Shown: positions 36,731 through 44,779 of the stretch, in pieces
How positions within the stretch are numbered: the first letter of the stretch is position 1
Layout: every line of letters begins with the position of its first letter
Sequence record: SRR31156797_602
Reading direction: 5' to 3' (one strand)
DNA: 44,779 nucleotides
Program-made: the position numbers and the translations under genes
Notes under the pieces: model-generated
Told to the model about the DNA's origin: nothing
Seen by the model: only the letters and a program-made list of their open reading frames with translations
The model's database searches: none

Positions 36731-37033
36731 CTACGCCCCTTTCTTTTCCAGGTCTCCGCGACCCCTCAGACTCTCAATGTTTTGAACGTGGGCATGGGCG
36801 CCCCGGGGGATATGTGCAGTGGCCCTTCCCATGACCTCACCATATTTGATGATGTCGGCGCCCTTTTTTATGTCCACGGCGGCGAATTTATGTCCGTAAG
36901 CGATCGGCTCCTTCATGGTCACATGGAGGGTCTCTTTTCCTGCGACAAACCGGTAGGTTTGCCCCGCGTCCAAATCCTTGAGGGCGGTGGCCACATTGTC
37001 CTCTGCCTTAATCATAATCGCATTCTGTTTCAT
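36731..37033 (-). CDS. UxaA-family dehydratase small (SAF domain) subunit
   Basis: DNVATAL, IAYGHKFA, IIKYGEVMG, HAHVQNI. Confidence 0.9.
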   Translation of the reverse strand: MKQNAIMIKAEDNVATALKDLDAGQTYRFVAGKETLHVTMKEPIAYGHKFAAVDIKKGADIIKYGEVMGRATAHIPRGAHAHVQNIESLRGRGDLEKKGA

Positions 37034-37119
37034 GCGTGCTCCCTTCCGGAGTTTTTCATTCTACCCACAAACCGGCGGTATAGGGACATCATCACAGTTG
37101 CCCATTTAGCCAGGGTCCT

Positions 37120-38118
37120 TTATTGTTCTTTCAATTTTTCAATCAAGACAGGGATGATCTCGTTCACATCACCCACAATTCCGATATCGCAAACGTCAAA
37201 TATGGGAGCGTCCGGATCATTGTTAACCGCGAGCACTTTCCCGGCCTTGAGAAATCCGGCGGAATAGTGATTGGCCCCCGAGGCGCCGATGCTGATCAAA
37301 AGCTTGGGGCTGATGATCTTGCCGCTCACCCCGATCATGCCGCTCTCCCTTATCCATCCTTCATCCAGGACCGGTCTGGTGCCCCCCAAAGCCCCGCCCA
37401 GAATCCCGGCCAGTTCTTTTAAAGAGTCCAGTCCACCGGATGCCTTCATCCCGTATCCGCCTGAAACAACGATATCCGCCTGGTCAATCTGCATACCTTC
37501 CGGCAGTTCCTCCACCATCTCCACGGTCCTGACCCTGAAATCACTATCATTCAACACCACATCCATCATTATGATTTCACCTTTTCCCTGATCGGATCGG
37601 GTCGGTTTTTCCGCAACGCCGGGGCTCACGGTCGCCATTTGAGGCGTATGATCGGGACAGAGGATGTTCACAATCATTCCACCGCCCCATCCCGGAACGG
37701 CTGCAATCAACGTGGGTTTCTCCCCGCCATTATCGATCTCAATACTGCAGCTGTGGGCGGTCAACCCGGTTTTGACCCTTGCGGCCACACTGGGGGCCAG
37801 GTCCATACCGATGGTGGTGGCGCCCAGAAACATAATCTCCGGTCTCTTTTCCTCAACAAGATCACTGATCAACCGGGTATATGCATCGCTCTGATAATAC
37901 GCCAGCTGACGATCTGAAAAGAGATAGACCTTGTCCGCGCCATTGGCCACCAGCTCTTCCGCCAGCCCCTGCACATCGTCCCCGAGAAGTATGGCGGCGG
38001 TACCGCCGTTGATTTCATTTGCCAACTCCGTTGCTTTCCCAAGGATCTCCAATGAGACATCCATGAGTCGCCCGTTTCGCTGTTCAGCCCAAACCCAAAC
38101 CTCATTATTCGTGCTCAT
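37120..38118 (-). CDS. etfA: Electron transfer flavoprotein alpha subunit
   Basis: VWVWAEQ, GADKVY, TGLTA, IVVSGGYG, GGTRP, PKL..GASGA, DAPIF. Confidence 0.9.
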   Translation of the reverse strand: MSTNNEVWVWAEQRNGRLMDVSLEILGKATELANEINGGTAAILLGDDVQGLAEELVANGADKVYLFSDRQLAYYQSDAYTRLISDLVEEKRPEIMFLGATTIGMDLAPSVAARVKTGLTAHSCSIEIDNGGEKPTLIAAVPGWGGGMIVNILCPDHTPQMATVSPGVAEKPTRSDQGKGEIIMMDVVLNDSDFRVRTVEMVEELPEGMQIDQADIVVSGGYGMKASGGLDSLKELAGILGGALGGTRPVLDEGWIRESGMIGVSGKIISPKLLISIGASGANHYSAGFLKAGKVLAVNNDPDAPIFDVCDIGIVGDVNEIIPVLIEKLKEQ

Positions 38119-38135
38119 AATCTTCTCTCCCGCCT

Positions 38136-38936
38136 TTAGACCAGCGCTTCCTGCCTCAGTTTTTCTATGGCCGTGTTTACCATCTCTTCCGGGGTGCCTT
38201 CCAATATCTCACGTTGGCGTTCGATCTTTTGCTCATAAACCTTCCCTACCCTCGTGGGTGAGCCTTCAAGGCCGATATTTTTTTCATCCACTGCGATGTC
38301 TTTCAAACTCCATTCTCTGAAAACCTTGTCCATGAGGCTGAAGATGCCCTCTGCCGTAGCCGTTCTGGGCTGGTTGATCTCCCGTGAAACGGTGACCAAA
38401 ACCGGCAGATTCGCTTCCATTTTCAGGTGGCCGTATTCAATGACGCGTGTCATTTCCGCGGTCTTATTTTCGTTCACCATGAGTTCTTTCACATTACTCA
38501 CATGGGGGTAACCGAGAAGTTCGGCAATCTGCGGTCCCACCTGCTGGGTGGCCCCATCCGCCGCTTCGTTTCCACAAAAAATAATATCAACGGGACATAT
38601 TGCCTTGATACCAGCGGCCAAGACATATGCGGTGGCCAGGGTATCCCCCGCGGCAAAAGCCCGATCGCTCAGAAGGATGGCTTCGTCGGCCCCCAGGGTC
38701 AGTGCCCAATCAAGGACCTCCTTGGCCTGGGGAGGCCCCATACTGATGGCCGTGACCTTGCCGGAAAATTTCTCTCGAAGCCTCAGGGCCTCTTCGATGG
38801 CATTTTCATCCACCGGGTTCAGTATGGACGGAACCTTCTCCCTCTGAATGGCCCCGGTCTCAGGGTCCAGTGTGATTTCCGAAAAATAGTCCGGGTTCGC
38901 CACCTGTTTCACACAGACTACGATATTGAGTGACAT
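38136..38936 (-). CDS. etfB: Electron transfer flavoprotein beta subunit
   Basis: VCVKQV, NPVDENAIEEA, SMGPP, DTLATA, DGATQQVGP, GLEGSPT. Confidence 0.92.
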   Translation of the reverse strand: MSLNIVVCVKQVANPDYFSEITLDPETGAIQREKVPSILNPVDENAIEEALRLREKFSGKVTAISMGPPQAKEVLDWALTLGADEAILLSDRAFAAGDTLATAYVLAAGIKAICPVDIIFCGNEAADGATQQVGPQIAELLGYPHVSNVKELMVNENKTAEMTRVIEYGHLKMEANLPVLVTVSREINQPRTATAEGIFSLMDKVFREWSLKDIAVDEKNIGLEGSPTRVGKVYEQKIERQREILEGTPEEMVNTAIEKLRQEALV

Positions 38937-38992
38937 GTTTTTGCTCCTCCGCTACATCACATATTTGGCGCACTTTTCACAAACGTGCATCA

Positions 38993-40078
38993 TTATTTCG
39001 ACATTAAATCCAGCAGAATTTCCCACTTGAGGTTATTGAATCCAAAGTGAATCACATGGATTTTCGAATCCAAACCCTTCTCCAGACTCTCCGGGAGATG
39101 ATTCTTCGCAATAATGCAGGTCCCTTTGGTCGGTTTCAGGATTTTGTGGGCCAACCGAATGTCTTCAATTTTTCTTTTATGGCGTTCTTCCTCCTCCTCC
39201 AACTGATCCAGGAAATAAACCATCAAGTCAGGTCTGCAGAATTTTTCACAATCAGATACAAGGGATATATCCTCAAGATTTTCATCCATATAAAGCAGTA
39301 AATCCGGCTTCAATTCGGTGGTTTCGTACTCCTCCACAAATGAGTCAATAAGAAGCCATTCCCTCTCTTCACTGTAAAAGGAGGCATGCCAGAGGGCCTT
39401 TCCAATCTCAGTCCGAAAAGCCACATATTTCTCCAATTTTGCGCTACGGATAATAAAATCGGGAATCAGCAAAACATCCCTTCGCCCCACCTCAAAACCC
39501 AGGGCTTTGGTTTCTTCCGGAAAGGGGATATTCTGTTTCATTCGATCACGGTGAAAAATCATCTGTTTTGAAGAAGGTTGGGGAAGAGGAACTTCGTACA
39601 CTTTTTCGGGGCTTAGGTTCTTAATCCAGGAAAGAACAAACCACTTGATATAGCCCATCTGATAGAGGTTACGAAAAGAATCATGGACACTTTTTTCGGC
39701 CCTTTCTTCAAACTCCTCCGGTTCTATCTTTTCTTGAAGCAATTCAAACAAAGGGTCAAACAGATCTCTTACGACCTGTTTCATGGGATCGGACAAAAAC
39801 CGTTCCAGCTCTAAGGGCATCAAGACATCTTCCAGACGAAGACGCTCTGACAAATAATCTTCCACTTTCATATATTTACGACTTAAAAACAGCGCCTCAT
39901 CCAACCACTCGGAGTAATTCTGGGCAAGAAATGAAGCCCTCACTGCGTTGAATTTCTTATAGAAGGCCGGCCGAACTTTATTGTCGATACTAACCAAGTC
40001 TTCCCTGATCACCACTCCGGGCTGATCTTCCATGAAATCGATCAACTCCCCATATCGTTTGGACCATAATTGTGACAA
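38993..40078 (-). CDS. Hypothetical protein within the catabolic cluster
   Basis: 361-aa ORF, TTG start after RBS GAGGAG; acidic and soluble; no recognised family. Confidence 0.75.
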   Translation of the reverse strand: MSQLWSKRYGELIDFMEDQPGVVIREDLVSIDNKVRPAFYKKFNAVRASFLAQNYSEWLDEALFLSRKYMKVEDYLSERLRLEDVLMPLELERFLSDPMKQVVRDLFDPLFELLQEKIEPEEFEERAEKSVHDSFRNLYQMGYIKWFVLSWIKNLSPEKVYEVPLPQPSSKQMIFHRDRMKQNIPFPEETKALGFEVGRRDVLLIPDFIIRSAKLEKYVAFRTEIGKALWHASFYSEEREWLLIDSFVEEYETTELKPDLLLYMDENLEDISLVSDCEKFCRPDLMVYFLDQLEEEEERHKRKIEDIRLAHKILKPTKGTCIIAKNHLPESLEKGLDSKIHVIHFGFNNLKWEILLDLMSK

Positions 40079-40118
40079 AACGATTACTCCTCATTCATAG
40101 GTGTTTTTCCGATCTTGA

Positions 40119-40162
40119 CCGAATTCCCGAATGAGGGGATAAACCCCACATTCGGAATTCGG
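40119..40162. other. Long intergenic hairpin (attenuator or stabiliser)
   Basis: CCGAATTCCCGAATGAGGGG-ATAA-ACCCCACATTCGGAATTCGG imperfect inverted repeat. Confidence 0.55.
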
Positions 40163-40195
40163 CAGGCCCGGCCCTGTAAATCAGCGCTGCATGAA

Positions 40196-41167
40196 TTACC
40201 TGCAATCCAACAGGGTTTGTTTGACCAACCCCTTTGCAATGTGGATCTTGTATTCATTCATGGATAACGGTTTGGCACCCCATACCGCGGCTTCACCGGT
40301 GGTTTCGGCGGCCTCTTCATCCAGGGCCTTGCCCTTGAGGTAATCCGCCGCCCTTGTGGGCACATACGGTTTGTAATGGACGGCGTTCAGGCAGATCCTC
40401 GCGTCCTCTACCGTATCCCCGCTGCTCACCACCATGGACGCACAGTTGACAATGGGAAAATCAATGGACTTGCGGATGGCGAATTTTTTCCACGAACTCT
40501 TCGCGCCCGCCACCGGTTCGGGGATCTGAAACTCCATAAGGATTTCGTCCTCGTCAAGGGTCGTCATTCTTGTGGCATCTTTTTCAGGAAACATATCCTC
40601 CACGTCCAAGGTCCGCTTGGAGGTGACCGCCTTGGCTCCCAAAACAATCAGCGCCGGCAGGGTATCGCTGGGATTGACGGCGAGGCAATCTTTCACATCA
40701 CCGAAAATTGAGTGATAACGGTTGTCCCCATCGTCCGCGTAGCATTCATCCCCACCCTTTCTGGCACAGGGGAATCGGTTGTTGGGACACCGGTAATACC
40801 AGCAACGTGAATTCTGGCACACGTTCCCGCCGATGGTTCCCATTTCTCGAATATGGGGGGATGCGGTGTAGCGCGCCGCCAACGCCAGAGCGGTATATTT
40901 TTCCCTGATCATGGCGTTGTGACCGATGTCCTCCAGCCTGACCAGGGCGCCCAGTTTTAAGACGCCGTCTTCTTCCTTCATCTCTTCAAGACCCGGAATA
41001 TTCTTGATATTGATCAAGGCCTCATAAGGTTTATCGAGTACATTGTCCTTATAGAGCCCGATGACATCCGTTCCTCCGGCGATCACCTTTGCTCTGCCCT
41101 CAAACTTCGATAGGAGGGCTACAGCCTCTTCTATCGTTGAAGCGTCAAAATGCTTGAACCTTACCAT
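40196..41167 (-). CDS. Xanthine dehydrogenase-family FAD subunit with [4Fe-4S] insert (PaoB/HcrB type)
   Basis: IAGGTD, GTIGGN, RCWYYR...CARKGGDEC...C insert, RKSIDF; start MVRFKH 1 nt after the large-subunit stop. Confidence 0.9.
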   Translation of the reverse strand: MVRFKHFDASTIEEAVALLSKFEGRAKVIAGGTDVIGLYKDNVLDKPYEALINIKNIPGLEEMKEEDGVLKLGALVRLEDIGHNAMIREKYTALALAARYTASPHIREMGTIGGNVCQNSRCWYYRCPNNRFPCARKGGDECYADDGDNRYHSIFGDVKDCLAVNPSDTLPALIVLGAKAVTSKRTLDVEDMFPEKDATRMTTLDEDEILMEFQIPEPVAGAKSSWKKFAIRKSIDFPIVNCASMVVSSGDTVEDARICLNAVHYKPYVPTRAADYLKGKALDEEAAETTGEAAVWGAKPLSMNEYKIHIAKGLVKQTLLDCR

Positions 41168-41168
41168 T

Positions 41169-43652
41169 TTAGTAGACCCCCTTTTCTTTGGCTTTTTGGA
41201 TTGCTTGGATGACCTTATTCGGTGTGGCGGGATGATCATCGACCCATTCGCCGATGGCGTTATGGATGGCATTTCCCACAACAAAGGGGACCACGGTGGC
41301 ACAATCTTCACCGATGCCCACCAGGCCGTAGGGTCCGTATCCCATCCCTGTCTCCACAAGGATATTCTCGGTCTCTCCGATATCCCGGAAGGTCGCCACC
41401 TTGTAATCCACCAGGTTGGCGTTCAATCTGACGCCGGTCTTGGGATCATAAATGACTTCTTCTCCCATCACCCTTCCGGTCCCCATATAGGCGCCACCGT
41501 ACTGCTGGCCTTCGCAGGTTTCCGGGCTCAAAGCCTTTCCCACATCATTGACGTTGACGATTTTCTTGACGTCCACCTGACCGGTATCCGGGTCCACTTC
41601 CACTTCGGCAAAATACCCTTGTCGGCAGAGGCGATGCCGGCCGTCCTCACAACCGTATCTCCCCTGTCGGTGGTAGGCCCATTCAAAGAGAGGTGCCCTG
41701 GTTCCGTTCTGGTTCAAAGTCGCCCGTTTCACTACCTCGGAAACCGGCACCGTATTTTCAGGATCAGCCTTCACAAACACCATGCTGTCTTTGACATCCA
41801 ACTCCTCCGGCTTGTGATCCGGGAAGGCGGGCGGATATTCGATTTCGATCAGTTTAATGGGTGTCGTTGCATACTCAAGCAGCGTCTTCCTGGCCTTTCT
41901 GGCCATTTTTAAACTGACGTAAGCATCGGTGCACAGGTTGCACGAACCGTCGGGGGTCATCATCTGAAAACCGGTTTCTTCAAAAAACCGCCAGTTGACG
42001 TCTTCGAGCTTCATACCCAACTCTTCCGCCACCACCTTACAATTGGTGGTCATGGGGTTCACACCGTCGTCCGCTTTCTGGGCCAGGATGTCCACGGTAC
42101 CGTCGCAGTGCATGATCAGCCCCGCACTGGCCGATCCCCGGTTGTCATCCCATTCGTGATCCCAGGTGAAGCCTACGCCGTGCAATTTTCCGTTGGGCAG
42201 CATTTTTTTGCCGGGTTCGTGCCATTTATTGTCCCAATCAATGGCTGCTTTTCCCTTCTCAATGCACTCTTTCAGGCTGTCCCGGTCCGGAAATCCGTGG
42301 TCTTTCTTGAACTTGGACAAATATTCCATGTCCTTGCCTTCCACCCCGTCGTTTTTCACGGCAACCTCCGTGGGATCCATCCCCAGAGCATCGGCCACAT
42401 GGGCAAAAACGGCGCTGAAACAGAAAGAATTGTGATTCTGCTCGCACCGCATCCACCATGCGGGCGCAAAGTTGGTCTGCGCTTCCACATAATTCAACAA
42501 CAAATTGGGGATTCGGGTATTGTCTTCAAAATGGTCAATCCCGTACTGGCCCATTTTGGCAACAATATTGTCAATCTTGACCGCTGTGATGATGCCGTCG
42601 TCGTTAAATCCCACCTTGAAATGGGTAAAGGAATCCGCATCCTGTGACAGACCGTAGAAGTTCTCTCTTCTGTTGTACATGGTTTTGACCGGCCTGCCGG
42701 TCCGTTTTGAGAGGATGGCACTGATCACATGGAACCCATGGGTGTGGTGCATAAAGGGATTTCCGCCGTGGCCGAAGTGACAACCCTGCCAAGGAATATG
42801 AAGTTTGATCTTATTGAGCGGAATTCCGGTCACCTCACTCAGGAGGCATTTGCCATCGTATGGCTGCTGCTGATGGGCCCAGATCTCCAAGTTGTCGCCC
42901 CGCCAGAGGATGACGTTGCTCATGGGCTCCCCATCTGCGGCCGTATAGGGGCGCCTGCGGATGTCGAACTCCATCACCTTATCCGCTTCCTGAAAACCCT
43001 TTTCCACGTCGCCATGTTCAATTCTCACTTTTCGAAGGAGATTGCTCTTGTCGTTCAATTCAGGGATAGCAGCAGGGGCGCCCGGTTTTAAGGCCTCAAT
43101 GGGATTCATCACCACGGGACGCTCTTCCCATTCCACTTCCACCAGGCGGATGGCCTCTTCGGCAGCCTGAAGACTCTCGGCAGCAATGGCCACGCCGGAA
43201 GGGGCACCTTCCCACCATGCAAAACCGTCCAAAACCCTGCCACCGCCCTGAATCCACTGTTCCTGGGTTACGGCCAATTCTTCCTTACCCTTGTAAAAAG
43301 CCTGCCCATCGGAAGCGATATGTCCCGCATTGAACTTGGTGCTTTCGCCGAGCAGAACCTTTCCTTCCAATTCAGGATCATCGAACCTCAAAACGGCCCG
43401 AACCCCGGGTAGGGCTTCCGCCTTGGTGGTGTCCACACTCTTGACCAGGGCATTGGCGTAGGGAGAGGCCAGGATTTTACAAAAAAGCATCCCCGGAAGA
43501 TTCACGTCCCGGGTGTATTGGGCCGCACCGCTGGCCTTTTCCACGCCGTCCATTCGGGATACGCCGCGCTTTCCCAAAAACTGAAATTTTTCGGGAATAT
43601 ACCTATCGCGAACCAACGGCTCGTGTTCCATGATTTTTAGATCTTCAGACAT
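41169..43652 (-). CDS. Xanthine oxidase-family molybdopterin-binding large subunit, divergent active site
   Basis: KASGAAQYTRD, SPYANA, GRPVK, EVEVDPDTGQV, DVGKAL, EGQ..GG, GPYGLVGIGE (catalytic Glu); start MSEDLK after AAGGAGG. Confidence 0.9.
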   Translation of the reverse strand: MSEDLKIMEHEPLVRDRYIPEKFQFLGKRGVSRMDGVEKASGAAQYTRDVNLPGMLFCKILASPYANALVKSVDTTKAEALPGVRAVLRFDDPELEGKVLLGESTKFNAGHIASDGQAFYKGKEELAVTQEQWIQGGGRVLDGFAWWEGAPSGVAIAAESLQAAEEAIRLVEVEWEERPVVMNPIEALKPGAPAAIPELNDKSNLLRKVRIEHGDVEKGFQEADKVMEFDIRRRPYTAADGEPMSNVILWRGDNLEIWAHQQQPYDGKCLLSEVTGIPLNKIKLHIPWQGCHFGHGGNPFMHHTHGFHVISAILSKRTGRPVKTMYNRRENFYGLSQDADSFTHFKVGFNDDGIITAVKIDNIVAKMGQYGIDHFEDNTRIPNLLLNYVEAQTNFAPAWWMRCEQNHNSFCFSAVFAHVADALGMDPTEVAVKNDGVEGKDMEYLSKFKKDHGFPDRDSLKECIEKGKAAIDWDNKWHEPGKKMLPNGKLHGVGFTWDHEWDDNRGSASAGLIMHCDGTVDILAQKADDGVNPMTTNCKVVAEELGMKLEDVNWRFFEETGFQMMTPDGSCNLCTDAYVSLKMARKARKTLLEYATTPIKLIEIEYPPAFPDHKPEELDVKDSMVFVKADPENTVPVSEVVKRATLNQNGTRAPLFEWAYHRQGRYGCEDGRHRLCRQGYFAEVEVDPDTGQVDVKKIVNVNDVGKALSPETCEGQQYGGAYMGTGRVMGEEVIYDPKTGVRLNANLVDYKVATFRDIGETENILVETGMGYGPYGLVGIGEDCATVVPFVVGNAIHNAIGEWVDDHPATPNKVIQAIQKAKEKGVY

Positions 43653-43665
43653 GTAGATCGCCTCC

Positions 43666-44154
43666 TTATCCTTTAAGCTTTTTGGCTGCATCCTGCACAG
43701 CCCAAATGTGTGCCGGGTATGTCCCGCATCGGCAGATGTTGCCTTCCAGGGCAGTCTTGATGTCTTCTTCCGATGGGTCCGGATTTCTGTCCAGCAAAGC
43801 CTTTGCCGTTACCACGAATCCCGGCGTACAATATCCACATTGCATGGCATGATTGTCAGCATAAGCCTGGATTAACGGATGTCCCTTCGCGTTGATCTGT
43901 TCAATGGTTTCGATCGGATGACCATCACATTCGATGGCCAGTATCATGCATGACAGAACCGGCCTGTCATCCATGATCACTGTACAGGAACCGCAGGCAC
44001 CGCGGTCACACATCTCCTTGGTCCCTGTCAACCCGATCCTGTCCTGCAGGATTTCCCTTAGGGTTTCCTGAGGCTCAACCACGAGGTGGTGCTCATCACC
44101 GTTTATCTGCAAGGTAACCAGCCTGGCGCCACCTTGTTCCTCTACGTTCGCCAT
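43666..44154 (-). CDS. Xanthine dehydrogenase-family [2Fe-2S] small subunit (CoxS-like)
   Basis: CDRGACGSC, QCGYCTPG, GNICRC; RBS AAGGAGG. Confidence 0.93.
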   Translation of the reverse strand: MANVEEQGGARLVTLQINGDEHHLVVEPQETLREILQDRIGLTGTKEMCDRGACGSCTVIMDDRPVLSCMILAIECDGHPIETIEQINAKGHPLIQAYADNHAMQCGYCTPGFVVTAKALLDRNPDPSEEDIKTALEGNICRCGTYPAHIWAVQDAAKKLKG

Positions 44155-44322
44155 AGTTTTCTACCTCCTTCGTTTTTCCCATAAGTTACTATTAATGTTA
44201 CCAAATCAAGATTAAAAAGCATTAAAATGTAAAATTCAAGGATGCCGTTCCCTTACACACCCCTTGCTGAATTGGAAAACCCAACTGAAATATCTAATAT
44301 ACTGAGGGAAATGGGTTCCGCT

Positions 44323-44377
44323 GTAAATCCCCCGATGGGTGGAATTTGCATCCCCCGTAAAGGGGATTTTCAGGGGG
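44323..44377. promoter_or_regulatory. Tandem palindromic boxes TCCCCC-N4-GGGGGA, copy 1 (putative LuxR-family operator)
   Basis: Boxes at 44328-44343 and 44351-44366, 23-bp period. Confidence 0.6.
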
Positions 44378-44517
44378 TACTTCCCATAACCCGCTGTAAT
44401 AAGAAGAAATGAAGCGACACCATACCTTGCGGGCCTTGCTGAGCGTTCGATTTAAAGCAAAGCTAATTTCATCATCATTTCGCTGAATCTTACAAATTTT
44501 TTATGCATATAATAAGC

Positions 44518-44598
44518 AATATACAATATAAAGATAAGAGGGTAAATCGCTCTAATGGGGGAAAACACATCCCCCTAAAGGGGGGATTTCGGGGGGGG
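44518..44598 (-). promoter_or_regulatory. Tandem palindromic boxes, copy 2, with adjacent weak promoter TTTACC-17-TATATT
   Basis: Boxes at 44547-44562 and 44570-44585 (23-bp period); -35 at 44541-44546 and -10 at 44518-44523 on the minus strand. Confidence 0.55.
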
Positions 44599-44622
44599 AA
44601 ATGAAAACCTCGTTGGCCAAAT

Positions 44623-44779
44623 TCATAGGGCCAGCAATTTTTGTTCCGTGGCGACGCGAACCGCCTCCACACGATTGGCCACATCCAATTTCCTGAAAAT
44701 GTGCTTTATATGGCTTTTCACGGTTTCACAACTGATGAACAGGTTATCGGCGATTTCCTTGTTCATCTTACCTTCCACA
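44623..44779 (-). CDS. LuxR-family HTH transcriptional regulator, C-terminal end (partial)
   Basis: Not in the ORF track. Manual translation: VEGKMNKEIADNLFISCETVKSHIKHIFRKLDVANRVEAVRVATEQKLLAL*, a canonical LuxR/NarL HTH. Confidence 0.9.
   Translation of the reverse strand, partial: VEGKMNKEIADNLFISCETVKSHIKHIFRKLDVANRVEAVRVATEQKLLAL

Noticed and set aside
35568-37033. SuyAB sulfolactate sulfo-lyase, implying a DHPS/sulfonate pathway
   Set aside because: The motifs are the Cys-containing UxaA/GarD type rather than SuyB. Not excluded, but unsupported.
41169-43652. Aerobic CO dehydrogenase or 4-hydroxybenzoyl-CoA reductase
   Set aside because: It lacks AYxCSFR and the canonical GGGFG and xRG motifs, and the context is not aromatic.
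1-44779. CRISPR arrays, tRNA/rRNA genes, transposases, integrases
   Set aside because: None recognised by eye in the window.

Overview
A 44.8-kb chromosomal window from an anaerobic, probably Desulfobacterota-type (deltaproteobacterial) aromatic degrader. The left end carries the class II (tungsten) benzoyl-CoA reductase core bamB-bamC behind a repeat- and palindrome-rich leader. Next come an orphan Tat-FeS/cytochrome-b module, maf, tatD and a GAF-fused PilB/GspE ATPase. These are followed by a CrbS/CbrA-type SLC5-STAC kinase, a receiver protein and a chimeric PAS-DUF294 nucleotidyltransferase. The middle holds a sigma54/sigma28 divergent gene pair, an AT-rich atcB-atcC-atcJ-like DnaK co-chaperone module, a MATE pump and a candidate promoter-driven structured ncRNA. 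The right half (21978-44154, minus strand) is one ~22-kb, 18-gene catabolic cluster: a divergent xanthine-oxidase-family Mo enzyme (S/L/M), a hypothetical protein, EtfBA, a split UxaA-type dehydratase, a Glp-type (DUF2160) ABC transporter, a diol-dehydratase-like glycyl radical enzyme with a 4-Cys insert plus its activase, XdhC, an MhpD-like hydratase and SufSU. It lies downstream of a LuxR-type regulator and duplicated palindromic boxes. This cluster is the best candidate for an undescribed pathway. All family assignments come from motif recognition by eye; no database search or folding program was run.
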